IMG/VR virus record: IMGVR_UViG_3300013121_000022
Coordinates: 64,001 to 128,000 of that record
Source of the DNA: a virus
Lineage: Duplodnaviria; Caudoviricetes
Direction: 5' to 3' (one strand)
DNA: 64,000 nucleotides
Under the pieces are notes generated by a model, which did no database searches, was not told the DNA's origin, and saw only the letters and a list, made by a program, of their open reading frames with translations. Below, piece after piece: positions 28,439-37,700 of this stretch; within the stretch, counting starts at the first letter, position 1, and each line of letters opens with the position of its first letter. A program made the translations under genes and the position numbers.

Positions 28439-28938
28439 TGATAAAATTTATACTTCCATTCATTATTTTGTTTTCGACATCTGTTGAAACCGTCAAGGCG
28501 AATGAACCGCATCCAGAAAAACTGGTGTTTGGCGATCATAGTTTTGTGGTGTACGATCTACCAGAAAATAGCCTCAACATTGGACGCAAACAAAATCAGG
28601 TTACTCTCCACTACAAAACTTTCGATGATGAGCCATTGTTGTTTATGGCTCATAATTTTTTGTCCGGCAAATGGTTTTATGAACTCGGTAACGATTCTCA
28701 AGTCGATGTTGTGTATGACGATGGATCGATTAGATCGTTCGTAATTGTCAAGGTTATTCGGTATCAAGTCAAAGGATCAAACTGGATCGATTTGGATACC
28801 GGAGAATCGTTCAACGAGTCTGTGGTGGCTGGCGAAATTAGATTTGGTAAACACGATATTGCATTGATGACTTGTATTCAGAAAGGCCGCAATCTGTCGT
28901 GGGGCAGAGCGTTTTGGATCGGCGCAGATCGTCCGTGA
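28438..28938 (+). CDS. secreted sortase-like protein
   Basis: Signal peptide; AHNFLSG...LMTC...WGR gives an H-C-R triad. Confidence 0.6.
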   Translation: MIKFILPFIILFSTSVETVKANEPHPEKLVFGDHSFVVYDLPENSLNIGRKQNQVTLHYKTFDDEPLLFMAHNFLSGKWFYELGNDSQVDVVYDDGSIRSFVIVKVIRYQVKGSNWIDLDTGESFNESVVAGEIRFGKHDIALMTCIQKGRNLSWGRAFWIGADRP

Positions 28939-28968
28939 TAGAATCAGTTGGTTGATTCTAGGAGAACT

Positions 28969-29712
28969 ATGCCATATAACGTTAGTGCTATTAGGAATAA
29001 AAATTTTATAGTTGGTACTCCCTATAGTGGTTTGTTGGATTCCGTACCAAGCGCAGTCGCGGCTTACTCTGTGGGTAGAAAACTTCGTGCGGGTTATCTT
29101 GGCAATGCTTTGCAATTACGGGAAGACGCCGGAAATACCTTGATGGATTTCGGATTCAATGGAAGCGGAGCGGTGGACGATGCAGCTATTGCCGCATGGA
29201 AAACTAGCGTTGGAGCTAGTAATTTGTATGTGGCACGAGTGTACGATCAATCAGGCGGCGGATACGATTTTGTTCAAGCCGTTGATGGTGCACAGCCACT
29301 CTATAATACTCGCGAAGTAATTCTTGACGGCACAGATGACAAATTAACTGCTAGTTATTCCGGTGGTACAGCCAGTGCTTTTGCTTTAGTGGCAAAGTCT
29401 GGCGCAACGGGCGCACAATATGTATTTTCCGTTCCGCTTGATACTAACGCTATTATTCAAGGATTTACTTCTGGTAAATGGGAATGGTACGACACACCAA
29501 GAACGGTAATTGGTGATGTTAGTACATCTGTATATCAAACCATAAAATTTGGTGGTGCTTCTTTGACTAACGGAACGTGGAAAATAGGTCAAGCCGAATC
29601 TGGAGGAAGTCATTGGCCCGGACGTTGGAGTGAATTTATTGTATGGTTAACATTGTCAAATCCAAACTTGACAACGGTGGCCTCTAATCAAGCTGCATTT
29701 TATGGATACTAA
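28969..29712 (+). CDS. ConA/LamG-like virion-associated protein
   Basis: AAYSVGRKLR..Y.G, YDQSG and W.GRWSEFIVW motifs. Confidence 0.7.
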   Translation: MPYNVSAIRNKNFIVGTPYSGLLDSVPSAVAAYSVGRKLRAGYLGNALQLREDAGNTLMDFGFNGSGAVDDAAIAAWKTSVGASNLYVARVYDQSGGGYDFVQAVDGAQPLYNTREVILDGTDDKLTASYSGGTASAFALVAKSGATGAQYVFSVPLDTNAIIQGFTSGKWEWYDTPRTVIGDVSTSVYQTIKFGGASLTNGTWKIGQAESGGSHWPGRWSEFIVWLTLSNPNLTTVASNQAAFYGY

Positions 29713-29748
29713 GCTCAGAATTCTTACTAGGTCAGTAGCACACTAATT

Positions 29749-30483
29749 ATGCCATACCCCGTCGCCAGTGTTAGAAATAAAAATTTCGGAATTTCTGCCA
29801 GTGCATTATTGACTAGCTTAGTTAGTTATTGGAAGATTGATGAAACCAGTGGTGTCAGAAATGACAGCTACGGAACTAATCACTTAACCGATAATAATAC
29901 CGTTACATATAACCCCGGAGTAGTTAGTAATGCTGGTCAGTTTACAGCGGCTAACAATGAAACTTTATCCATAGCAAACAATGCCACACTTAGTGTTCAG
30001 GGCTTGGATTTTACGATAAGCTTATGGACTTATTTGGATTCAATGCCCACCTTGAATAGCAATAGATACTTGATAGGAAAAAATGTTGGAAACACAGACT
30101 ATTCGATTTACTTAAATATGACTGCGGGTGGTACAGAACGATTTGCGTTTTTGATGGGAAACACTGCCAGTGGTAGTCCAACCCTTTTGGCAAACACATT
30201 TGGAACTCCATCTAATTCTGTGTGGTATCATGTTTTATGCGAATACAATACTTCAACCAAGAAGATGAAAATCATTATCAATAATACCTACAGCGATGAG
30301 GGTAATAACATAAACGGATCGACCACTGGTAGCGGAACTTTTAGAGTTGGCGGAGTTAGTGGGGGTGGATCGGTTTGGGATGGAAGAATTGATGAAATAG
30401 GATTCTGGAAAAGATTGTTGACTGATTCAGAAAAATCTGCCTTGTACAATAACGGAGCTGGATTGACCTATCCATTTAGTTGA
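29749..30483 (+). CDS. LamG-domain protein
   Basis: LVSYWKIDE, FTISLW, WYHV and GRIDEIGFW motifs. Confidence 0.85.
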   Translation: MPYPVASVRNKNFGISASALLTSLVSYWKIDETSGVRNDSYGTNHLTDNNTVTYNPGVVSNAGQFTAANNETLSIANNATLSVQGLDFTISLWTYLDSMPTLNSNRYLIGKNVGNTDYSIYLNMTAGGTERFAFLMGNTASGSPTLLANTFGTPSNSVWYHVLCEYNTSTKKMKIIINNTYSDEGNNINGSTTGSGTFRVGGVSGGGSVWDGRIDEIGFWKRLLTDSEKSALYNNGAGLTYPFS

Positions 30484-30485
30484 TT

Positions 30486-30917
30486 ATGTCCTTACTTGAT
30501 CCCTTGTTCAATTTGATTGGTGTTGTTACGTGGCCTTTAGCTGGCCGGAAATACATTGACGATACACACAATATAGTGGTCGCGGATACCGCCCTTCTTC
30601 AAGACGAGTATTTTCAAAAGTACGGTAAATATTGGCAGGGCATTGAAACGCCAAGTATTCTGCCTTCTAATGGCGCAAAACAAAATTCCGATCTCAATCT
30701 CAAGCCCACAGATCAGGAACAAAGTTGGGATACTTTTTATAAACTTGATACTCAACTTCCATGCTCAGTACGCATTGATACTTATACCTGTTTGCAGGGG
30801 CATGGCTATACTGTCACAACTACCGCCAGTTATGGTGGAAAATTATTTCAGAAGTGCACGAATTTTGGATTTGAATCAGAACGAGAGTTTGACTGGATTG
30901 AAATCAAGACAGATTGA
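30486..30917 (+). CDS. hypothetical protein
   Basis: 143-aa ORF. Confidence 0.6.
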   Translation: MSLLDPLFNLIGVVTWPLAGRKYIDDTHNIVVADTALLQDEYFQKYGKYWQGIETPSILPSNGAKQNSDLNLKPTDQEQSWDTFYKLDTQLPCSVRIDTYTCLQGHGYTVTTTASYGGKLFQKCTNFGFESEREFDWIEIKTD

Positions 30918-30955
30918 TAACAAGTGGTAAAATACACCTAATCAATAACACCCTT

Positions 30956-31003
30956 AGCGGGTTGATCCAAAAAACGTATTGGATCAACCCGCTTTTTTTT
31001 TTT
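30956..31003 (+). terminator. intrinsic terminator
   Basis: AGCGGGTTGATCCAA / TTGGATCAACCCGCT followed by a long T run. Confidence 0.85.
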
Positions 31004-31014
31004 GGAGAATTAGT

Positions 31015-31470
31015 ATGCCTCTATTCACAGATTACGATCTGCAAACTGGCCTTAAACCCGCAGATTGGCCGAAAATTTTTGTTGGTTTGGTAAATGCTTT
31101 ATTGAGTCCATCGGGAAGCAACACAAGTGCAATCAACACTCGCGATGGTGGGCCTCAACAAACTCTGACTCGCACATACACAACATCTTCTGATATGACT
31201 ACTGCGGCGGCTATTTCTGCCGCTCCCGAAGCAGGCAAAAAAGTTGTGGCAATGGATATTGTAATCAGCACAGATACCGCCATGAACTTTATCGTTCAAA
31301 TGGAAACATCGACAAACGGCTTATTGAAAGTGTTTTTGCCTGCCAATGGAGCTGTTCAAATTACGTTGCGCGGTTATCTCAAGGGCGATGCCGCCGACAA
31401 ACGACTGTTTGGAAAAGCAAGTGTTGCCGGAAACGTAGCTATTACAGTTGTTCAATTTAGCGAAGCGTAA
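31015..31470 (+). CDS. putative virion structural protein
   Basis: GGAG SD; beta-rich; first gene before the neck cluster. Confidence 0.65.
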   Translation: MPLFTDYDLQTGLKPADWPKIFVGLVNALLSPSGSNTSAINTRDGGPQQTLTRTYTTSSDMTTAAAISAAPEAGKKVVAMDIVISTDTAMNFIVQMETSTNGLLKVFLPANGAVQITLRGYLKGDAADKRLFGKASVAGNVAITVVQFSEA

Positions 31471-32090
31471 TGACAAATTTATGTACACTCGCAGAAGTGC
31501 GAGACACACTTCAACTAACAGACTCGGAAACCGATCAAGACGCTTTGATTACGCGTCTAATTGGATCGGTGACTGATTTCATTTCCAAGCGAACCCGTCG
31601 CGTATTTGGAACGGGTGTTGAAACTCGTCTATTTGATGGTAATGACAAAGGCTATTTGATCTTAGACGACTATCAAGAAATCACATCTGTTCGACTATTG
31701 AACTTGGATAATACTGCGTGGAAAACATTCAATGTGTCCACAGAGTTGAAGTCTTATCCGCTGAACACAAGTCCAAAGACAAAACTGCAAATCGTAAACG
31801 TTACTAGCGAAAATCCGTATCGCGTCATTGGTCGTTCGCCATTTATTTTTCCTAAAGGCTATGGCAATGTTGAGGTTGTTGCAAATTGGGGAAGTTGGGC
31901 AACTCCGCCAAGTTCGCTTACGGAATTGGCGATTAATATGGTTGTATCCAAAACACAAAAAGCCAAAGTTCGCGGAATAAAATCTGTGTCTATCGGCGGC
32001 GAATCGATGTCGTTTAGCGATAAAGATTTGGACGAATCAATGACTGAGGTTTTGAACGACTTCAAAAAAGATTTTACGGAAGTGTGGTAA
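31470..32090 (+). CDS. head-tail connector/adaptor
   Basis: LCTLAEVR..L, D.LI..LI, NVEV...WG and SVSIGGESMSF motifs. Confidence 0.8.
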   Translation: MTNLCTLAEVRDTLQLTDSETDQDALITRLIGSVTDFISKRTRRVFGTGVETRLFDGNDKGYLILDDYQEITSVRLLNLDNTAWKTFNVSTELKSYPLNTSPKTKLQIVNVTSENPYRVIGRSPFIFPKGYGNVEVVANWGSWATPPSSLTELAINMVVSKTQKAKVRGIKSVSIGGESMSFSDKDLDESMTEVLNDFKKDFTEVW

Positions 32091-32435
32091 ATGTCGCGAA
32101 ATGCCGTTGGGTTTATGTACAATGCAGAAGCGTATACTCTTTCGTTTAGAGATTCGGGCGGACGACTTCTATCTACAGGTGTCTCGGAATTTAGATGCCA
32201 TTTTTTGCCGATCTCAAATTCGGTATCTCGAACTCCATTTGGCGGCGCAAGTTCATATCAGGCTTATTGCGATGGGCGTTTAGGAATTCGAGCGGGAGAT
32301 TTTTTTGTTCTTACTAAGTGGTACGGATCGGGAATCAATCCTCCCCGTCGATTTAGAGTGGATGGTATGGGCGAGTATCCGCATCCCATTCTCAGTCATT
32401 TGACACTAGCTCTTTCGGAACACGTTCAAGAATAA
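32091..32435 (+). CDS. head closure protein (putative)
   Basis: Size and synteny after the connector. Confidence 0.55.
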   Translation: MSRNAVGFMYNAEAYTLSFRDSGGRLLSTGVSEFRCHFLPISNSVSRTPFGGASSYQAYCDGRLGIRAGDFFVLTKWYGSGINPPRRFRVDGMGEYPHPILSHLTLALSEHVQE

Positions 32436-32875
32436 TGATTACTCTATCGTTAACCGTAGATGGTATTGAATCGACCATTGAAAAAGCAAAGAAGTTCAAT
32501 ACGTTCTTTCAGACCTATGAATTTGTAGAGGATTTATCTCAAGCATCTGTAAGAGTATTCGAGTCAAACTTCAAGCCTAATGGTATTGGTCGAATTGATT
32601 ACCGACTTAAGTCGGACGATAAAGGTGTATCATCCGAAATATTTGTCAAGTCGGAATTTAAGTATCTGTTCTTTGTTGACAGGGGAACTCCGGCGCACGT
32701 CATCAACGGTAAACCCATTCTGACGTGGATTGATAAACAAAGCGAAAAAAGACTGTTTGCAACAAAAGTAAATCACCCGGGAATTCAAGCAACTCACTGG
32801 ATCGATAAGGGTGGTCAGAGAATTGCACAAACATTTGTAGCAATGACTCAGGAAGCGCTATCTGAACTCAGATGA
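32435..32875 (+). CDS. HK97 gp10-like neck protein
   Basis: Y..FVDRGT.AH.I...VNHPG motif. Confidence 0.75.
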   Translation: MITLSLTVDGIESTIEKAKKFNTFFQTYEFVEDLSQASVRVFESNFKPNGIGRIDYRLKSDDKGVSSEIFVKSEFKYLFFVDRGTPAHVINGKPILTWIDKQSEKRLFATKVNHPGIQATHWIDKGGQRIAQTFVAMTQEALSELR

Positions 32876-33333
32876 ATCAATACAAAAATGTCAAAGTAGC
32901 TTTGCGAAACTTTCTGATGGAAAAGTTGAGCTTGACTGGCGAACAAGTTTTTCGTGCTCCACCTAAGCCTACCAGTATCACTCACTATCCGGCAATTATT
33001 ATTAGATCGGCGCAGACTCAAAAAATAAACGAAGACGGGCCAATCAAGAACGATCATCGAATTTTGCTTGGAATCATGACTCGCGGACGTGATCCCACTG
33101 TCGTATCAGATGAATTAGATGACCTACTTCAATCGTTGGATAATGCTGTTTCTCAATATGGGGCTAGGGGACTGGACGCAAATTTGGCCGAAAACAGTCG
33201 TTGGACAGAGTTCACACGCGCCAATGAACCCACTGACTTCAACAATGTGGTTCAGGACGATGTGGGATATGTCGTGTATGGTGTCACAGCCGGAATTCGC
33301 ATTCGAGAGGTGCTTCCAACCGATCTTGGATAA
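32872..33333 (+). CDS. tail terminator (putative)
   Basis: YPAI motif; synteny before the major tail gene. Confidence 0.6.
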   Translation: MNQYKNVKVALRNFLMEKLSLTGEQVFRAPPKPTSITHYPAIIIRSAQTQKINEDGPIKNDHRILLGIMTRGRDPTVVSDELDDLLQSLDNAVSQYGARGLDANLAENSRWTEFTRANEPTDFNNVVQDDVGYVVYGVTAGIRIREVLPTDLG

Positions 33334-33372
33334 CATCATGGTACAATCATTACATCTATAACCCGTAACGCC

Positions 33373-33421
33373 GAATGCCCGGTGAGGGAGAATATCTATT
33401 CTCTTTCATTGGGCATTTTTT
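33373..33421 (+). terminator. terminator-like hairpin upstream of the major tail gene
   Basis: GAATGCCCGGTGAGGGAGAATA / TATTCTCTTTCATTGGGCATTT followed by a U-tract. Confidence 0.7.
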
Positions 33422-33438
33422 CTTAAGGAGATTCAATA

Positions 33439-33936
33439 ATGGCAACAGTAACAGTAGCCAACATCATAATTGGAGCGGCAACCCTTAAACTTGACGGTGT
33501 GGACGTTGGCGCAATTTCGGGAGGTCTTTCTATTACAAAATCGACTGACGTTTACAACGTCGAAGTTGATAATGTTCGTGCGGCAGTTAAGTACGTTCCT
33601 GTAAAAGAAAACTTCTCAATCAAGACCAACTTGGCCGAAGCAACCCTCAATAACATTCGTTTGGTCTGGAACATTCCATCGAATAAATTGACCACAGGTG
33701 TTTTGCAACTAGGCTTGTCAACCGGATTGGTTGAACACACGCTGGAAGTTACAGGTATTGCTCCAAACGGTTTGACTCGTGTCTATCGAGCATTCCGCGC
33801 AATTTCTGTTCGTCCATCTGAACACGCATATTTGCGAACAAAGGAAACATTGATTCCGGTTGAATTCGACATTTTGCCAGATTTGACTCAGGCAATTGGA
33901 ACTGAACTCGGAACAATCACAGATTACAACTTCTAA
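33439..33936 (+). CDS. major tail (tube) protein
   Basis: I.IGA.......DVG...GG and L.E.TL.N pattern; strong SD; synteny. Confidence 0.8.
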   Translation: MATVTVANIIIGAATLKLDGVDVGAISGGLSITKSTDVYNVEVDNVRAAVKYVPVKENFSIKTNLAEATLNNIRLVWNIPSNKLTTGVLQLGLSTGLVEHTLEVTGIAPNGLTRVYRAFRAISVRPSEHAYLRTKETLIPVEFDILPDLTQAIGTELGTITDYNF

Positions 33937-33992
33937 AGTCACCATCTGAATAATTCCGGTGACACCTTAAAGACAGGAGAAACGCCGAACAC

Positions 33993-34463
33993 ATGAGTAC
34001 AAAAAGAGATCGATCAAGATTTATCCCTGAACCAGTATCAGTTTGGTTGGGACAGGGAGAATACGTCAAAGAATATAAAGTCGTACCAGCGGCATGGTCG
34101 TCGCTGTATTCTTTGAAGTCTGTTTTACGATCATTACTAGAGGACGTTACCGCACTTTGGAATTCCGAAATTCTAACGAGTGTCAAGGCGGCGGTATCTG
34201 ATTCGAGTGACGAAAACGGATCGAAAATGCTTCAATCCATTTTGGTCAATGATGGATTGTGGGCTTTGGTGGATAAGATCATTGAAAAGCCATACGAGAT
34301 TTTTTCGTTGGCTATTCCTGATTTGGACTCCAATTTATTTTCTCAAGACAATCCTAATGGGGCAACCATTCCGCAAGTTTGGGAAACCTTCAAGGTTATT
34401 GCCGAAGTCAATCAGTTGGAGATAGCAAAAAACCTGCTAACGGGCAAGGGTCTGACGAACTAG
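33993..34463 (+). CDS. tail assembly chaperone (gpG-like)
   Basis: Between tail tube and tape measure; slippery heptamer near the 3' end. Confidence 0.75.
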   Translation: MSTKRDRSRFIPEPVSVWLGQGEYVKEYKVVPAAWSSLYSLKSVLRSLLEDVTALWNSEILTSVKAAVSDSSDENGSKMLQSILVNDGLWALVDKIIEKPYEIFSLAIPDLDSNLFSQDNPNGATIPQVWETFKVIAEVNQLEIAKNLLTGKGLTN

Positions 34464-34708
34464 AGATAGATAGTCTCATTGCCCGTTTGATCCTAATTAC
34501 TCATCTCTCTCCAGAGATCGTCTTGAAGATGACACCTGCACAAAGTGAAATCATCATTCAAGAGTATGTGCAAATGAATAGTTCAGAAAATGATGTACGC
34601 GAAGTTCCGCTTTCTGACATCACTAGCACTCCAGTTCAAACAGCAACGCTGGACGCCGAATCTACAGCACGATTAAAGGCTGAGATGGCTAAACTCAAGA
34701 ATCCATGA
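34427..34708 (+). CDS. tail assembly chaperone -1 frameshift extension (gpGT-like)
   Basis: A AAA AAC at 34427-34433; the -1 frame is open to 34708. Confidence 0.75.
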   Translation, partial: KKPANGQGSDELEIDSLIARLILITHLSPEIVLKMTPAQSEIIIQEYVQMNSSENDVREVPLSDITSTPVQTATLDAESTARLKAEMAKLKNP

Positions 34709-37700
34709 ACACAACTGTAGGCGACATCATCCTTAAGATTGGCGCAACATTCGACTCATCCGGTACGAAGTCTTTGCAAAGCGAGATTGCAAAGACTCGT
34801 ACTGGTATCGACAGCTTGCGTCAGTCTTTAGCGCAACTCAACCAAATAAAACTTGATAATGCTCAAATCATTCAACGCCTACAATCGATTGTAAATGGCG
34901 TAATTCGATTCCGAGAGGTCATGGAATCAGTGATTGGTGTTGCATCTCGATTTGGAGCGGGTGTTGCAAATTCGCTTGGGGGGGGTATCAACAACTTTAT
35001 TGCGCGTGTCTCGCAAGCCATTAATCCAGTCAACGCTTTGCGCGGAGCGATTAGCGGTTTGCGTCGCGTATTTGATATTGCACTAGGAATTGCTCTATTC
35101 AATTCACTTCAACAGTTGACCAGTCAAGCTTTGTCAATGATCAATCAGTTGTCGCCATTGACAACGGGTGTATTGGCGGGACAAATTGATACATCGTTCA
35201 AAGCCCTGTCGATTACAGCGGCAAACGCAGGAATCACATTTGACTCTGTTCGCGATTCAGTAAATGTTCTAAGGGCATCTGGCATCAAGGCAGAGGAAGC
35301 GATTAAAGCCTTAACTCAGGGCTTGCAGATCGGACTTAAGCCCGATCAAATCAAGCAGTTGGCAGGCGCGGCTCAGAATCTTGCCGTTGTCATTGGAACG
35401 GATTCATCCGAAGCGTTCAATCGACTGTTTCAGGCGGTGGTGCGCGGCGATTCGCAAATGTTGCGATTTGCTGGCATCATGAAAACAACCGATCAAATTA
35501 TTCAAGAGTTTGCTCGTTCACATGGAAAGACAGCGGCAGAAGTTCGCGCTAATACCCTATTAATGCGTCAGGCATTTGTGGAGGGTATTCTTGGAGAGGC
35601 ATCTAAGTTTGCGGGTGTATACGAAGCATCTCTAACCGAACTTCAAAAACGTATCGGTTCATTTAGTCGAACCTTTCAAGATTTACAAATCGGCATTGGT
35701 GGAATTTTTACCCCATTACTGGCAGGTGGATTGGGTGGAGTTGAAGAACTTACCGAACGTATTTCGCGACTGTTTTTTGTTACAAAGAAACAGGCCGGAG
35801 AAAATTACGGCAAGATTCTAGCCGATCAACTCAATCAAGCCACTGCCGAACAAATCAAACTAACTGGTAGCACCGAAAGTTACACACAGGTTCAAGCCCT
35901 TACGCAAAAACAAGTATTCTCGCTTGGGGCGGCATTTGACGCTTATCGTACCGCATCAACTACAGGTGGGGACAAAGCAGTTAAAGCGCAAGAGGAATTG
36001 AATGCAGTTTTGATCAAAGTCTCGAAATCCACTGGAGCGAGTATTGATCAACTCAAGAAGCTTGGTGAAACCGGAAAATTATCCTTTGACACCATTGTAA
36101 AGGAAGGTAAGGCGTTTGATCCGTCCAATTTGGCTGTAGGTCTATATTCTCTCAATAAAGCCCTTGCAGGCTTGTTTGAGGACGGTATGAAGGCAGCTCT
36201 TGGAAATGCCTTCAAACAAGTCAAATTGGATTCGCCAGAGGGTATTGAACAAGCCATTGACTGGGGCATCAACTTGGTCGCTGGATTCTCCAATGGTTTA
36301 TTACAGGGTATCAACAATACGCTTGTTCCCGCGCTCGTTTCGGTAGCACAAACCGTTGTTAGTTTCTTGGGTATATTTAGTCCGGCAGAGCAAGGGCCAC
36401 TTGCTCAGGATATGTCCAAGTGGGGATCAAATCTTGGTGAGTCGTTTGCCGATGGTATTACAGAGGGAACTCCAGCGGTTGCTAATGCATCCGAAGAAAT
36501 GGCGCAAACAGTTGCCGACAACCTGAATCCAGAGGAATCGCCAATTCTATCTGCAATTCAAGAGTATGGTCGTACAATATCTCGTGCTCTTTTGACTGGT
36601 CTTAAAATTCAAGATTTCAGTGAACTCAATTTCTTGGGCGGAATCGCTCAAAGTTTACTTGGTGGAGGCCAACAGGACTCGCAGGGACTTCAAAATTCAG
36701 AACGCGCCAGAGAATTAATTGCTCAGGCGTTGAATGATATTCGCTCAGGCGGATCGGTAGCACAAGGTACATTGTCGAGTTTACAAGGCTTGCTTGGCAA
36801 CGCCTTTCAGGATTACGCCAAATACTTTGATTTACTAAGTCAAGTTACAGATGAGGAAGAATTTCAAGCCGAAAGCGAAAAGAAGTTGGCGCAAGCGAAA
36901 GATGAAATTGCATCCGCCACAGATCGTGTTCGTGAAGCAACTGAACGACTTCGCCAATTTGAGCAGGATACCGCCGATATTCCAGAACGTTACACTCGTG
37001 GGCGCAGACGCCAGTTGCAGGAAGAATTAGATGCCGCTCGTCAAGAGGAAGAAAAGCGACGACTGGCCGCACAGCAACTATCTGAGGATATTCAAAAGAA
37101 AGAAGACGCCAACAAAAAGATTCGGGAACAAATCGCGCTTCAACGTGCTTTGATTCAAGAACTTGCCAGACAAGCGGCGGCACAAGCGCAGATCAACAAA
37201 CTGACTCAGCAAACACCACAACCCAATCCAGTGGACGTGGCCGCAGTTACCAGTCGTTTAGAAGAATTGGCCGGAAAATTACCGGACAAGATTCGAGAGA
37301 AGTTGATTAGGGCATTTGCGCCAGTACGCGAAGAATTCGACAAGCTGCTTGCTTTTATTAATGGTGCTCTTGGTAAAGAGTTGAACTTACCATCTAACTT
37401 TGCTAATTTATCTCAAGAAGAACAACGAGATATTTTGCAGAGTCTTACTCCATCTTATGCGGCTGGAAAAGATTTTGCCAAAGCGTTAGGTGGAATTGGC
37501 GGATCGCTCAAAGGTGCGTTTGATGGCGTCTTGGCGTTTTTCAATAGTCCAAACGTTCAAAGCGGACTCAAACTAATCAAAGATATTTTGAGCACCGACA
37601 CTGGTAAAAGTGTAATCACCTTTGCTATTGGTGGTTTGTTGTTGAACAGTTTGTCGGGCGGATTGTTAAGTGGAATTGCTCGATTCTTGTTTAGCACAAC

